55,920 nt of DNA from assembly GCA_025451295.1 (NCBI GenBank), contig JANWKQ010000041.1, positions 1 through 55,920 of the forward strand, in the 5' to 3' direction. The stretch's first letter is position 1. Each line of letters begins with the position of its first letter. The DNA comes from Flavobacteriales bacterium (GTDB lineage: Bacteria > Bacteroidota > Bacteroidia > CAIKAF01). Under the pieces are notes generated by a model. The model worked only from the letters and a program-made list of their open reading frames with translations. It was not told where the DNA came from and did not search any database. Positions 1 to 9,937 of the stretch are shown piece by piece. Made by a program: the position numbers and the translations under genes.

Positions 1-1
1 G

Positions 2-484
2 AATGAACTTGAGTGGACAACATCCACGGAGATAAACAATGATTATTTTACCTTGGAATTCAGTTCTGATGGAAACAACTGGGAATTTCTTAATAACATC
101 GATGGAGCCGGATATTCGAATGAGACTCAAACATATACGGTTTCACATGATTCTCCTTATAAACTTACTTATTACAGATTGACCCAAACGGATTACGACG
201 GCGAATCCAAATCATATGATCCAATTGCAATTGAACAGCATGGGGAGGATGAATTATCACTGGTTGCCTATCCAAATCCGGCGACAGAATATGTGATCAT
301 CGAATCCTTTTCTCAAACTCCGATTGCATTTGAACTCACAGATGAAACAGGAAGGGTTGTACATCGCATTTCGAATCCAAGTTCCAAGTTTACCCTGGAT
401 GTAAGTTTTCTTGAGAATGGGGTTTATTTCGCTTCATCACATTTTGAAGATGGAGTGAAGACGGTTAAATTCATCAAAAGATAA
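2..484 (+). CDS. C-terminal fragment of a T9SS-secreted protein (type-A Por/T9SS C-terminal sorting domain)
   Basis: The frame of ORF 53..484 stays open back to nt 2 (NELEWTTSTEINNDYFTLEF...), so the gene starts upstream of the window. The last ~80 aa (LVAYPNPATEYVIIE...GVYFASSHFEDGVKTVKFIK) fit the T9SS CTD pattern. Confidence 0.75.
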   Translation, partial: NELEWTTSTEINNDYFTLEFSSDGNNWEFLNNIDGAGYSNETQTYTVSHDSPYKLTYYRLTQTDYDGESKSYDPIAIEQHGEDELSLVAYPNPATEYVIIESFSQTPIAFELTDETGRVVHRISNPSSKFTLDVSFLENGVYFASSHFEDGVKTVKFIKR

Positions 485-493
485 ATTTCCCCT

Positions 494-2599
494 CTACTGT
501 ATTTTTACCTTTAGTTTTAATCTGGAGAAATCCCTCATCAATTTGAATGCATCCTGCAAAGCATGCAAATCATTCACCGACGTATAATCCTCCATGATTT
601 CCCAAACTATTTTTAATCCATATTGGTTGTCCGCAAGTTTGATCAACCTGCTTGAAAAAAACAATCCACCGGTCAGCATTTCATGGTTGTAGCTTTCCAT
701 ATCCTGGATGCTTACCAGCTGATCGAAGTTTAATTCAATATCGAATTCTTCTTTTCCCTGGAAATCATGTCGGAAGGGTGCTTTGAAATAGTTGGTATCG
801 AGCATTTCATAATGCATAAAGATGAGATCCGCCAGATCAATCACATATTCTCCATCAATCGTAGAAAAAACATTTTTCGATGTGGGTACATTCAAACTAA
901 ACAGGTGCGCAAACGGTGATTTTTTTTGTGAAGAGATCAACTTTATTTCCGTTTCCGGATTTTTTTTGCAAAGGTCTGCATAATAAGTGGAGGAAATCGT
1001 TGAATCCATCCATCCATATTGATAGTATCCTCGGGTAATTGTAGAAAATTGACCGCTTAACGAAACTTCTGATTGAATAGCCGTTTTGAGATCCGCTAAC
1101 GATATATTTACCGAAGCCTTTACCTTTTTTTTGTTGAGATTATACGGCAAAGGATTTATATACATTACCGGATATTGAATTAAATAAATTTCGTTGTCGT
1201 AGATCTTTCTTGGAACCGTTTGTGGCACCAGAAATTGATTTTCACCGGTAAAATAAAAAGGAACCTCATTTGCATACCATCCGAACCGATGACTTTTTGG
1301 AAAAAACACATAGGGCACCGAATCACGATCAAACATCCAATATGCTACATGATCCCGATACAATGGACTCACCTGAGAGGTATCGATGCAAAATATTCTC
1401 CTGTCCTGTAAATGTGATCGGTAATATGGCTCGTTGATCCGATCGATCATCTGGTAATAGAAAGATGTTTTGAAGGCTTCACGAAAAATCCCGTTTTGGA
1501 GATAGGTACCTATATCCGGAAATCCATGTTCTTCATGAATAAAATAATTGAAATCATTTTTATAACCCAGTTTATCGGCTACATATTCCTGAATAAAACT
1601 CATGAAGTGGGCTCCATCCATTGTATCCGGTGCCATTTTCCTCAATTTCTGATAGAACAAGGTAGTTTTGTAAGATTGATCGTCGTAGGTTTCCCATGAT
1701 CTCGCTTCACCCGGATCAATTCGGGTGACGGATTTGTATAATACATCTTCCCATGTTAGGGTATCAATCACAGTAGTACCAAAAATTTTCGTTGACGCTT
1801 CAGTTGTCTTGTCCAGGAACATTTCAACTTTTGGCAACCCGTAGACTTTGGTTGGCATATCAGGATCTACCGGATCCAAATCTTCGTAAACGATGAGATG
1901 GGTTTTATCATCGACCGATTTCTCATATGATTTTAGATTGGCTACCAAAGAATTTGAATATACATTCACTCTTCCCAGGTAAGCATTGTTGATCGTAATA
2001 TAAGCTTCCTGTTTTGGGATCCTTTCATTCAGATAATAGTGAAAGATATAAAGAGGCCATTCATGGCTGATGATCACTTCCAGTTGATCCCCCGGTTCGA
2101 GGTTTCTTACATAAAAATAGTGTACATAAAATGGCAGCAGACTTTCTCCGATCCGTTCTTCTCTTCTATAAGCCACTTCATCCAATACTGCTTTTACAAA
2201 CTCACCATTCCTGATGATACGGGCATCAAAAAAATTGATCTTTCCAAGAAGTAGTTTAGGAAAACTGGCTGAGTCAGCTTTATGGTTATTTTCCAGGTTG
2301 GCCAGATGAGGATCCATTACAATGGGCACCCTGAACAGGTTGTACTTATCAATGGCAGCCTGCGTGTTGAATTGGATCACTTGATAGCGCTTGATGTTCC
2401 TTACATCAACATCCAATGTGGTTTCTTCATGTAAAATAACTGCGTCGTAGTTCTTATATCTTTCTGACTGGCTAAGGGTAAGTCTGATCTCATCGCTCCA
2501 GTCATACTTGAATTTTCTATGCTCAAAGGATTGGGAATAGGAAAAATGGATGATGGAAACGCAGAAAAATAGAATTGATATTTTATAAAACTGGGTCAA
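494..2599 (-). CDS. large exported hypothetical protein (N-terminus reminiscent of DUF3857-type Bacteroidota proteins; function unknown)
   Basis: 701-aa ORF with a signal peptide (ISILFFCVSIIHFSYSQ). The TTG start overlaps the TGA of the upstream PhoD-like gene (TTGA at 2596..2599). Confidence 0.6.
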   Translation of the reverse strand: MTQFYKISILFFCVSIIHFSYSQSFEHRKFKYDWSDEIRLTLSQSERYKNYDAVILHEETTLDVDVRNIKRYQVIQFNTQAAIDKYNLFRVPIVMDPHLANLENNHKADSASFPKLLLGKINFFDARIIRNGEFVKAVLDEVAYRREERIGESLLPFYVHYFYVRNLEPGDQLEVIISHEWPLYIFHYYLNERIPKQEAYITINNAYLGRVNVYSNSLVANLKSYEKSVDDKTHLIVYEDLDPVDPDMPTKVYGLPKVEMFLDKTTEASTKIFGTTVIDTLTWEDVLYKSVTRIDPGEARSWETYDDQSYKTTLFYQKLRKMAPDTMDGAHFMSFIQEYVADKLGYKNDFNYFIHEEHGFPDIGTYLQNGIFREAFKTSFYYQMIDRINEPYYRSHLQDRRIFCIDTSQVSPLYRDHVAYWMFDRDSVPYVFFPKSHRFGWYANEVPFYFTGENQFLVPQTVPRKIYDNEIYLIQYPVMYINPLPYNLNKKKVKASVNISLADLKTAIQSEVSLSGQFSTITRGYYQYGWMDSTISSTYYADLCKKNPETEIKLISSQKKSPFAHLFSLNVPTSKNVFSTIDGEYVIDLADLIFMHYEMLDTNYFKAPFRHDFQGKEEFDIELNFDQLVSIQDMESYNHEMLTGGLFFSSRLIKLADNQYGLKIVWEIMEDYTSVNDLHALQDAFKLMRDFSRLKLKVKIQ

Positions 2600-4170
2600 T
2601 TTCTCAGATCTAAATTCGAAATAAAATTACCTTTTTCGGTTTCAATGATGATATAATACATTATACCCCTGGCGACCAGATTTGTTGCATCCAGCATAAA
2701 TGAGTTATTAATCATCGCATCTGGCTGATTATACAATACTTTGCCCTTATCATCCAGAAGACGGACATTTCCTTTTCCAACATAGTCCAAAGATAAACCA
2801 AGTTTATAACCATCTCCATCAGGGATAACCCTGAGAGGCTTGGATAAATTATCCGGCAAAACCGGTGTATAATCAGCTAACAAGGTCCGACAAAACTGAT
2901 AAGAGGTCATCACTTTTATTTTTTTAGTGAACAGATCCATTCGATAGCAGGTAAACTTTACACAAATTTCAGCGCCGCCATAATCACTTACTTCAACGGT
3001 TGACCATTGGGAACTGAAAGGCGGATTTGGGAATGTTCCACCTTCACTATATTCTCCACCTTTATCAGAACCTACATTGTTCAAGGCTGCTGATTGCAGG
3101 ATCGGATAATAATTGGAATTATTTTTGTTATCTGAAAAATCCGAATGGGTACCGTTATCTATGGCAAGCATATGTGCATCCCCCGATATAATGAACATAT
3201 TCACGATATTACTGTCACGAAAAAAATTGGCTAATTCTTTCCTTGCTTCGGGATATGCCCCCCAGTTATCCCCGCCGCTACCGGAGAAGGAAACAGAGCT
3301 TACCCAGCAGATCAGTTCATTATTATTTTTGGCCTGTAGTACTTCATTCTTAAACCAGTTTTTCTGCTGTACACTCATGATATCACCCATTTTTCTTTCC
3401 GATCGGAGATCGGTCATAATAAAACGAACCCTTCCTACTTTGAAGGATTGGTAGATTGCATTGCTTCCTTCTGGCGCTCCAAACGGATAATAGGGTACAT
3501 ATTCTTTATAGGCGGTATAAGCAGCCAATCCACAACCGGTGCTCCCGTCATTGTTGTCGCCACAGAAATCATGATCATCCCAGACATAAGCGATGGGTAT
3601 ACTTTGTAAAAACTTAGCTTCCCGGGGTTGTTGAAGCACTTTTTCTTCATAGGCAGTGCGATGCGGATCTACATCAGATGAAGAGGGATTTGCATAATGA
3701 AGATCACCCGGCATTAAGAGAAAAAGCGGATCCTGATTTCGCATGATATCATACACCCGGTTGTTCGGAAAAAAATTACAGGAGCCTGCAACAAACTTAA
3801 AAGAAAAGGCTCCTTCAGAAAATGTTTGAAAACTTCCCTGGTGATCTTCTTTTTTATCCGCCGTCCCGTCAATCTCAAAGGAATATTTATAGACCGTGTT
3901 TGGCTGTAAGCCGGAGATCTCCAACGCAACTGTATTTCCATTGGCAACTGTAGCAGTTGCATAAGAAGAATAAATCGTTTCCTGGTATAACTGATCCGAT
4001 GTTGATCCAATGACTATGAGTCGGACCTTTTCTGCCGGACACTTCAATACGGCATTCACCTTTCCTGAAGTGGCGGTAATGCCACCACTCCAAAAATATA
4101 ATATTTCATTGGCGTGTACATTTGTGATCAATAAAAGGATGATCCCCAAACCTGCCGAAAACTGCTTCAT
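2596..4170 (-). CDS. PhoD-like alkaline phosphatase / metallophosphatase, exported, possibly with a T9SS-type C-terminal domain
   Basis: Signal peptide, then an Fn3-like N-domain (VRLIVIGSTSDQ...LQPNTVYKYSFEIDG). Metallophosphatase motifs GDLHYAN, VWDDHDF and GDAHM are present. Confidence 0.7.
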   Translation of the reverse strand: MKQFSAGLGIILLLITNVHANEILYFWSGGITATSGKVNAVLKCPAEKVRLIVIGSTSDQLYQETIYSSYATATVANGNTVALEISGLQPNTVYKYSFEIDGTADKKEDHQGSFQTFSEGAFSFKFVAGSCNFFPNNRVYDIMRNQDPLFLLMPGDLHYANPSSSDVDPHRTAYEEKVLQQPREAKFLQSIPIAYVWDDHDFCGDNNDGSTGCGLAAYTAYKEYVPYYPFGAPEGSNAIYQSFKVGRVRFIMTDLRSERKMGDIMSVQQKNWFKNEVLQAKNNNELICWVSSVSFSGSGGDNWGAYPEARKELANFFRDSNIVNMFIISGDAHMLAIDNGTHSDFSDNKNNSNYYPILQSAALNNVGSDKGGEYSEGGTFPNPPFSSQWSTVEVSDYGGAEICVKFTCYRMDLFTKKIKVMTSYQFCRTLLADYTPVLPDNLSKPLRVIPDGDGYKLGLSLDYVGKGNVRLLDDKGKVLYNQPDAMINNSFMLDATNLVARGIMYYIIIETEKGNFISNLDLRN

Positions 4171-4274
4171 CTACCTTAATTATTAAACAAAATTAAGATT
4201 AAAACCTTTTGGTACTCTATGAAATCAGGGCCCTGGTACTTATTTTTACCTGATCAACCGCAGAAAATCATTCC

Positions 4275-4682
4275 ATGAAAAAACTCCTATTCCTTATTGC
4301 TATCCTTACCACAGCTCATGTATGGGGACAAAATACCATTGATTCAAAAAAGATCCTTGGCCAATGGGTAGTTACATGGTCATATTTTTCTTCTACACAA
4401 ACTCCCAAAAGCGAGGGCTCAGCTCCTCTAATGGAAGCCATTTGGGCATTTTATCCTGATGGCACTTACAGTATTCGGGCAGGTATGAATGAGACAGGAA
4501 AGTACACGATCAAAGGTCATATCATGTCATTCGATTCTGACCTTACCTTAACACCTGACTTCGATAAAAGGGATTATGAAATTGTGACACTGAATGACGA
4601 TACGCTGGAGATTGGGACTGAAATAACGAGGTCAGCTGATTTTTTTATGGTTAGTTATAGTGTTTTCAAACGGAAAAAGTAG
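4275..4682 (+). CDS. small exported lipocalin-like protein (hypothetical)
   Basis: 135-aa ORF with a signal peptide (LLFLIAILTTAHVWGQ). The motif ILGQWVV is shared with the next gene. Confidence 0.6.
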   Translation: MKKLLFLIAILTTAHVWGQNTIDSKKILGQWVVTWSYFSSTQTPKSEGSAPLMEAIWAFYPDGTYSIRAGMNETGKYTIKGHIMSFDSDLTLTPDFDKRDYEIVTLNDDTLEIGTEITRSADFFMVSYSVFKRKK

Positions 4683-4734
4683 ATCCCGGATAAGTTGGTG
4701 TATCTTTTCCCATCATTCTGCATTTTTTATTTTT

Positions 4735-5190
4735 ATGAAAAGGATTTTTATACTGATCTTATCGGGAGCACCAATTATTGGTTTTGCTCAGACCTCTGGT
4801 TGCAAAGACACCATCTTCAATCTTAAAATGACCCAACATCTTTGTAAAGCAGATGTTTTGGGTGAATGGAATGTTGATTCAATCTCCGGTGGTCTTGGAA
4901 AAAGCATAGATACACTTTCCAAGCCGGCGCAGAAGAGAACCTATACGTTTTATCCGAGTGGAGATCTATACATTAATTGGACAAATGACAGAGGGGAAAA
5001 GCTGAGAGAAACTTCCAGTTATGCACTTTATAAAGGCAATATGATATTAAAAAATATCAATAGCAACGGGATAGTTGTACTTACACCTCAAAAATATGAG
5101 ATCCGATCGATCAGTCGTGAACGTTTTGAAATATTGATGATCTATAATAACGAATATTGGAGTCGGGTTATTCTTAAAAAACTCAACTAA
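4735..5190 (+). CDS. small exported lipocalin-like protein, paralogue of 4275..4682
   Basis: I trimmed the track ORF 4660..5190 to the ATG at 4735 (MKRIFILILSGAPIIGFAQ signal peptide). The motif VLGEWNVDSISGG and the overall layout parallel the upstream gene. Confidence 0.6.
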   Translation: MKRIFILILSGAPIIGFAQTSGCKDTIFNLKMTQHLCKADVLGEWNVDSISGGLGKSIDTLSKPAQKRTYTFYPSGDLYINWTNDRGEKLRETSSYALYKGNMILKNINSNGIVVLTPQKYEIRSISRERFEILMIYNNEYWSRVILKKLN

Positions 5191-6314
5191 ATTTCTTTCA
5201 TCATTTCCTCCAATACTCTTTTCTCTACTTCCCAATTCAATTCATAAGCAGCTTGTGCAGTATTGGATTTCATCATTTGATATTTTGGCGGATCATTCAG
5301 GAGATCCTGTATACACGCTGCAATGGCGATTGGGCTAACTTCCGGAACAATTATTCCCACCTGATAGGTATGAATGATCTTTTTTAACTCAACGAGATCA
5401 GACGAGATGACGGGAATTCCGCATTGGATATAGTCAAAAATTTTATTGGGCAAACTCAATTTATAATTGATGTTGGTGTCTTTATCCAATGTAACCCCGG
5501 CATCTGCATTCATTGTATATTGAATGAGCATATCATATGGCTGTTTACCAACAAAGCTTATTTTATTTTTTAATAATTCATCTTCCGCCGTTTTTTTCAG
5601 GGTTTCGATCACATCTCCACTACCTACGATGTATAAATGAAAATTTTCCGGAAGTAATTTAAAGGCGTCCACCAATTCTTCTGATCCTCTGTGCATATTG
5701 ATGCCACTGCCCTGCAGGATGATGATCTTTTTACCTTCCGGCATGCCAAGATCTTTTCGGTTCTTTGTTTTCGGAATTGAAAGTTTTTTGGGAACATTTC
5801 GGATCACTTTGAATTCCTTCTTGTATTTTTCTTTAAATAATTGAGCAATGCTTGTATTCACTGTAATACAATGCTTGAGTTTTGGCACAATCGAACCTTC
5901 AATTTTTTTCCAAACTTTTTTGGCGAATCTATTGTGCTCTAGTTCCGGACCCTCGGTAAAATATTCATGACTGTCAAAAATAAGTGGTTTGGATTTCAGC
6001 CTGGCAGCCATTCGGTTGGCTAATAACGTGTCGAGATCGTTGCTCCAGAGAATATCTGCTTTTTTAAAAAGGAGTAGCCAGAATAAACGCCAGTTAAAGA
6101 ATGCATAGAATAACATTCCTTTTCTAAAAAGAAGGTACATTCTTTTATAACGATACGGAACTTTTGGCATGGGTAGGGAAGAAGGTAATTTTCTTCCGAC
6201 GAGCAATACATCATATCCCATTGCATACAGTTCATGGCAGGTGCGGCTTACCCTTTGGTCGGTCACCAGGTCATTAATTACGCTTACAATGATCCGTTTT
6301 TTTTTCTCAGCCAT
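5187..6314 (-). CDS. GT-B glycosyltransferase (family 4/1-like)
   Basis: 375-aa ORF. The C-terminal half has the GT1/GT4 pattern (ILQGSGINMHRGSEELVDAF, LYIVGSGD, LPNKIFDYIQCGIPVISSD). Confidence 0.7.
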   Translation of the reverse strand: MAEKKKRIIVSVINDLVTDQRVSRTCHELYAMGYDVLLVGRKLPSSLPMPKVPYRYKRMYLLFRKGMLFYAFFNWRLFWLLLFKKADILWSNDLDTLLANRMAARLKSKPLIFDSHEYFTEGPELEHNRFAKKVWKKIEGSIVPKLKHCITVNTSIAQLFKEKYKKEFKVIRNVPKKLSIPKTKNRKDLGMPEGKKIIILQGSGINMHRGSEELVDAFKLLPENFHLYIVGSGDVIETLKKTAEDELLKNKISFVGKQPYDMLIQYTMNADAGVTLDKDTNINYKLSLPNKIFDYIQCGIPVISSDLVELKKIIHTYQVGIIVPEVSPIAIAACIQDLLNDPPKYQMMKSNTAQAAYELNWEVEKRVLEEMMKEI

Positions 6315-6507
6315 GAAGGGAATAAAGATAGGAAATTATTGATGCGTGACATCCGCCGCGACAGAGATGATTGACGAATGCCTCTGGAAGCTGCCTCCGG
6401 CGCATCTGACATCTGAAAAGAATGCCACTGATATCCGGTGCACTGGCAACATTGAGGCCTGTTTCACACTAGACAATTTTCTTTATATTTATTCCATAAA
6501 ACAAACT

Positions 6508-7353
6508 ATGAAACTTCTTCCTGTATTTTTATTTCTTCTTCTTGGTTGCGGTTCCGGCAAAAAAAACATCCAACAGGAAAATAATGATTCGCTTCAAACA
6601 AAATCAACCAGCCAACGCATGATCATTTCAAAGGATACTATTATTCAGGTAGGAAATACGCCTGTATGGGTGAAATCACCCGATGGAGAGATCAAAGCGG
6701 ATATATTGGTTTTGCCCGGATGGAATTTTGAAAAAGAAAAGATCTGTAAGGAATCAGATTTCTGTGAAAAGGCATTAGCTAAAGGCTACCGACTCATATT
6801 GCCCGAAATGATGAAATCGGTCTATGCTGCTCAATATTTTCCGGAAACAAAAAAGGAGTATAAAAATTTTTTGACCCTCACCTGGGTCATTGATACCATG
6901 ATCCCCGAACTGCAAAAAAAATATGGAATTTTTACCGGGAAGAACAATTATCTGCATGGCATCTCTACTGGCTCCAGGGGAGCCGCACTGGTGCATTTGA
7001 ACACTGGAAATTTATTTACTAAAGTGGTGCTACTAAGCGGTGATTTTAACAATGCCACGATGACGACGGATAATTTATTGAAAAATATTTTTGGAACTTA
7101 CGATCAGTTCAAAGAACGTTGGATTGCCAACGATAATCCCTGGGACCAGAGCACCCAATGGACGGCAGATCTTTATATTGCTCATGGAACTGCTGATGAT
7201 GTTGTTCCCACTGACCAAAGTATCAACTTTGCAGATAAGATTGAAAAAGAACATTCCACTTGCCTGGTCATCAAGAATTTCCCGGATGCCAAACATGATT
7301 TTAAGTTTTGGGGTAGTGAAACGGAGAAGGTTTTGGAGTTTTTGGAAAGATAG
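6508..7353 (+). CDS. alpha/beta-hydrolase (esterase) lipoprotein
   Basis: The start is moved to the ATG at 6508 (MKLLPVFLFLLLGCGSGKK lipobox). Nucleophile elbow GISTG, plus HGTADDVVP and a catalytic-His region PDAKHDF. A TATATTTA -7-like box lies about 17 nt upstream. Confidence 0.7.
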   Translation: MKLLPVFLFLLLGCGSGKKNIQQENNDSLQTKSTSQRMIISKDTIIQVGNTPVWVKSPDGEIKADILVLPGWNFEKEKICKESDFCEKALAKGYRLILPEMMKSVYAAQYFPETKKEYKNFLTLTWVIDTMIPELQKKYGIFTGKNNYLHGISTGSRGAALVHLNTGNLFTKVVLLSGDFNNATMTTDNLLKNIFGTYDQFKERWIANDNPWDQSTQWTADLYIAHGTADDVVPTDQSINFADKIEKEHSTCLVIKNFPDAKHDFKFWGSETEKVLEFLER

Positions 7354-7409
7354 AAGGGGCGCCGGCCACATTTGTACCGATCCGGTCTGATGCTTTAATC
7401 AAAAAGTGC

Positions 7410-7417
7410 TATATTTG
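7410..7417 (+). promoter_or_regulatory. Bacteroidota -7 promoter box TATATTTG (TAnnTTTG consensus)
   Basis: Perfect consensus match 37 nt upstream of the ATG at 7455, in an intergenic gap. Confidence 0.45.
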
Positions 7418-7454
7418 CGAATCTATTCCAAGCCAAGAAAGACCTAATAAACTT

Positions 7455-8096
7455 ATGAAAAAACATCCAACCATTTCTTCGAGCAAATTCAGGTATTACG
7501 GATTATGCACGGCGCTTTTGGCAGGCTTCCTGATTTTTACGAGCATCTCAGCTTCTTCTCAGTATTACCGTAAAAAAAGCGACCGGGGGAGGAACGGGAA
7601 GAAGAATAACCAGTATGGAAGAAATATTGTATGGTTGGAAGGGTTAGGCTCCAACCAGGTAATAGGTGCAAAATACGAAAGAATACTCATGTTCGGAACC
7701 CACTTTTCAATGCGTTTTGATCTGGGAATAACTCCCTTTGTTTTGGATGAAAAGTATAATTTTATTGCAGGCCGGAGCATCACACCTATTAGCGGTATGG
7801 GTTTTTACCTGCACTTTAATCCGGGCCCCATTAGAATTGGGTTAGGATGTTCAGTTTTACACGATATATTTTTCGATGGGATCCCTGAAGTTACCTCTGA
7901 TACTACCGGTACCTACAGTGATCAAACTTATAGGGCCCGGGTAATGCCATTTGCCGTTATAGAGTTTACAATTCAGGACCATTGGACGATCAGGGCAGGT
8001 TATACACCCATCATTGATCCACCCAACGAGTCTCAAAAGGAACTTTATTTTACCAATTTGGCAACAATTGGCGTAGGCTATAAATTCGGCCGATAA
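7455..8096 (+). CDS. hypothetical outer-membrane beta-barrel-like protein
   Basis: 213-aa ORF with a signal sequence. Alternating beta-strand pattern with a C-terminal ...IGVGYKFGR. Confidence 0.5.
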   Translation: MKKHPTISSSKFRYYGLCTALLAGFLIFTSISASSQYYRKKSDRGRNGKKNNQYGRNIVWLEGLGSNQVIGAKYERILMFGTHFSMRFDLGITPFVLDEKYNFIAGRSITPISGMGFYLHFNPGPIRIGLGCSVLHDIFFDGIPEVTSDTTGTYSDQTYRARVMPFAVIEFTIQDHWTIRAGYTPIIDPPNESQKELYFTNLATIGVGYKFGR

Positions 8097-8129
8097 CTAA
8101 ACCAAATTTGTTCATGGTTGAATGAGTGA

Positions 8130-8630
8130 TTATTTCACACTTATCTCAATAAATACGATATTTTTTTGAGTGCTATCGTAAATCAAATAGATAAAATGCT
8201 TTTGATACTCTCCAAATTTGACACCATTTTCATCCGTATGAAAGCCATATTGAGGAAGGGCAGAAGCAAGATCTTCCATCGTCATCTGACTGGTTATTTC
8301 TACCCCCTGCACTTTTAGTTTCCCTGCATAGTCATTGGTAAAGTATGATTTTTCACTATCCAATTTATAGTTAAAAGATATTCGCAATGCATCCACTTCT
8401 GAATCTTCAGGGTTGATGAACATGGCCAGTCCCAGGGAACGGTAAATGTCCATGTCGCCTTTCTTTTTCGGTTTACCCCAAATCTTGATAAAGGAGCTAC
8501 AATGCCAACGGTGATCAATTTGGGTCCCATTCACGCTGAGTGTTCCTTCCTGCATAACTATTTCCTGTGCCTGAATAGCTGGACAGATCCAACCTAAAAA
8601 GCAAATAATCCATATTGTTTTGTTTCTCAT
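8130..8630 (-). CDS. hypothetical exported protein
   Basis: 166-aa ORF with a signal peptide (IWIICFLGWICPAIQAQ). No recognisable motif. Confidence 0.55.
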   Translation of the reverse strand: MRNKTIWIICFLGWICPAIQAQEIVMQEGTLSVNGTQIDHRWHCSSFIKIWGKPKKKGDMDIYRSLGLAMFINPEDSEVDALRISFNYKLDSEKSYFTNDYAGKLKVQGVEITSQMTMEDLASALPQYGFHTDENGVKFGEYQKHFIYLIYDSTQKNIVFIEISVK

Positions 8631-8740
8631 AAAATGATGTATTTAACGTATATGCATCCTATGCATAGTTTTATAAATATCGCAATTTTTATCCAAATCG
8701 CAATGAAAGCAGGGAGTAAATTATATAATCAAAAATCAGA

Positions 8741-9874
8741 CTAGATGTTTTTTTCCATCACCATATAGGTCTTGTAGATCTCGCCACCTATATTCATTAA
8801 TGGTTTAAACATGGGCATATTGTCTTCTACAATATAGGACGCTTCGGCCCAGACAAGGCCTTTTGCCAATCCACGTTCAAGGATCTCATAATACATGATG
8901 GCATCCAATCCCTTTTTCTGATATTCAGGAAGGACACCCAGAATAACGATCCGTAAACATTCAATTTTCTTTTTCTTCGTAAACATGTCGATCCAGTTGA
9001 ACGGAAAAAGCTTACCTCTCCAGCTCTTAAAGATCTCGTTATAATCCGGTAAACAAATTACACCGCCCACCACTTTATCACCCACTTTTGCCAGCATCAC
9101 CAGATCGGGCCAGGTAATGGCTTTGAGGTCAGCAGTGATCGCATCAAACTCAGCATCCGTTAAAGGTACCCAGCCATGGTTATTTTCTGTGGTCCATGCT
9201 TCATTAAACAAGCCTTTAAATGTAGTAACCGCTTCTTTAAATTTATTCATGTTCAGACTCTCAAAAGTAATTCCTGTCCTTTCCATCACCGCAGTACGCA
9301 ATCTCCCTAACCTTTCTCCGCTTTTTTCTCTGATCAACAATCCGGGGAATTTGATCGCAAATAATTTTTTAATCCCTACCAATCCGCTTTTTTGATAGAG
9401 ATCGTAGTAGTAAGGTGCATTATAAGTAGAGAGCAAAACATGTTGCCCGGTAAAGTTGTCGATCAATACACCATAATCCTCGTTACTGGAAGGACTTGCC
9501 GGACCCCGCATTTGATCGTATCCAATGGATTTAAGGTGTTTAGCTGCTGTATCCAGCAAGGCGTTTGCTACTTCCTGATCGTTGATACATTCAAAAAAGC
9601 CAAAAAAAGCTACTTTATCTTTCCATGTTTCGGTATGCAATTGATTGGTAATGGCAGCCACTCTGCCTACGATCTCACCATTTTTCTCGGCAATAAAAAA
9701 TTCGGCATCTCCATGTAAAAAGAATGGGTTTTTCTTCTTATCAAACATCTTTTTGTACTGAGAAATAAGCGGAGCTACCCATATCTTATCATCCCTGTAT
9801 ATTTTCCAGGGAAGCATGATGAATTTCTTCATCTCGGGGGTTCCGGTTACCTTTCTTACAACAATATCAGACAT
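8741..9874 (-). CDS. GNAT-family N-acetyltransferase-like protein
   Basis: The start is trimmed to the ATG at 9874 (MSDIVVRKV). The C-terminal acetyl-CoA motif-A-like segment is RIVILGVLPEYQKKGLDAIMYYEI. The N-terminal half has FFIAEKNGEIVGRVAAI. Confidence 0.6.
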   Translation of the reverse strand: MSDIVVRKVTGTPEMKKFIMLPWKIYRDDKIWVAPLISQYKKMFDKKKNPFFLHGDAEFFIAEKNGEIVGRVAAITNQLHTETWKDKVAFFGFFECINDQEVANALLDTAAKHLKSIGYDQMRGPASPSSNEDYGVLIDNFTGQHVLLSTYNAPYYYDLYQKSGLVGIKKLFAIKFPGLLIREKSGERLGRLRTAVMERTGITFESLNMNKFKEAVTTFKGLFNEAWTTENNHGWVPLTDAEFDAITADLKAITWPDLVMLAKVGDKVVGGVICLPDYNEIFKSWRGKLFPFNWIDMFTKKKKIECLRIVILGVLPEYQKKGLDAIMYYEILERGLAKGLVWAEASYIVEDNMPMFKPLMNIGGEIYKTYMVMEKNI

Positions 9875-9937
9875 ATAGGTGGTCGAATTTAGTTGCAAAA
9901 TGAATAAATTTTTTGAAAAAACGAAATACCTTTACAT

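Noticed and set aside
6346-6507. N-terminal extensions of track ORFs at 6346, 14833, 26165, 36932, 41868, 52589 and 53992.
   Set aside because: In each case an internal start gives a canonical N-terminus (signal peptide, lipobox or family-typical start), or an ATGA-type coupling, or a -7 box at the usual spacing. The extension would cover repeat or promoter sequence, or overlap the upstream gene by 76 nt (52589).
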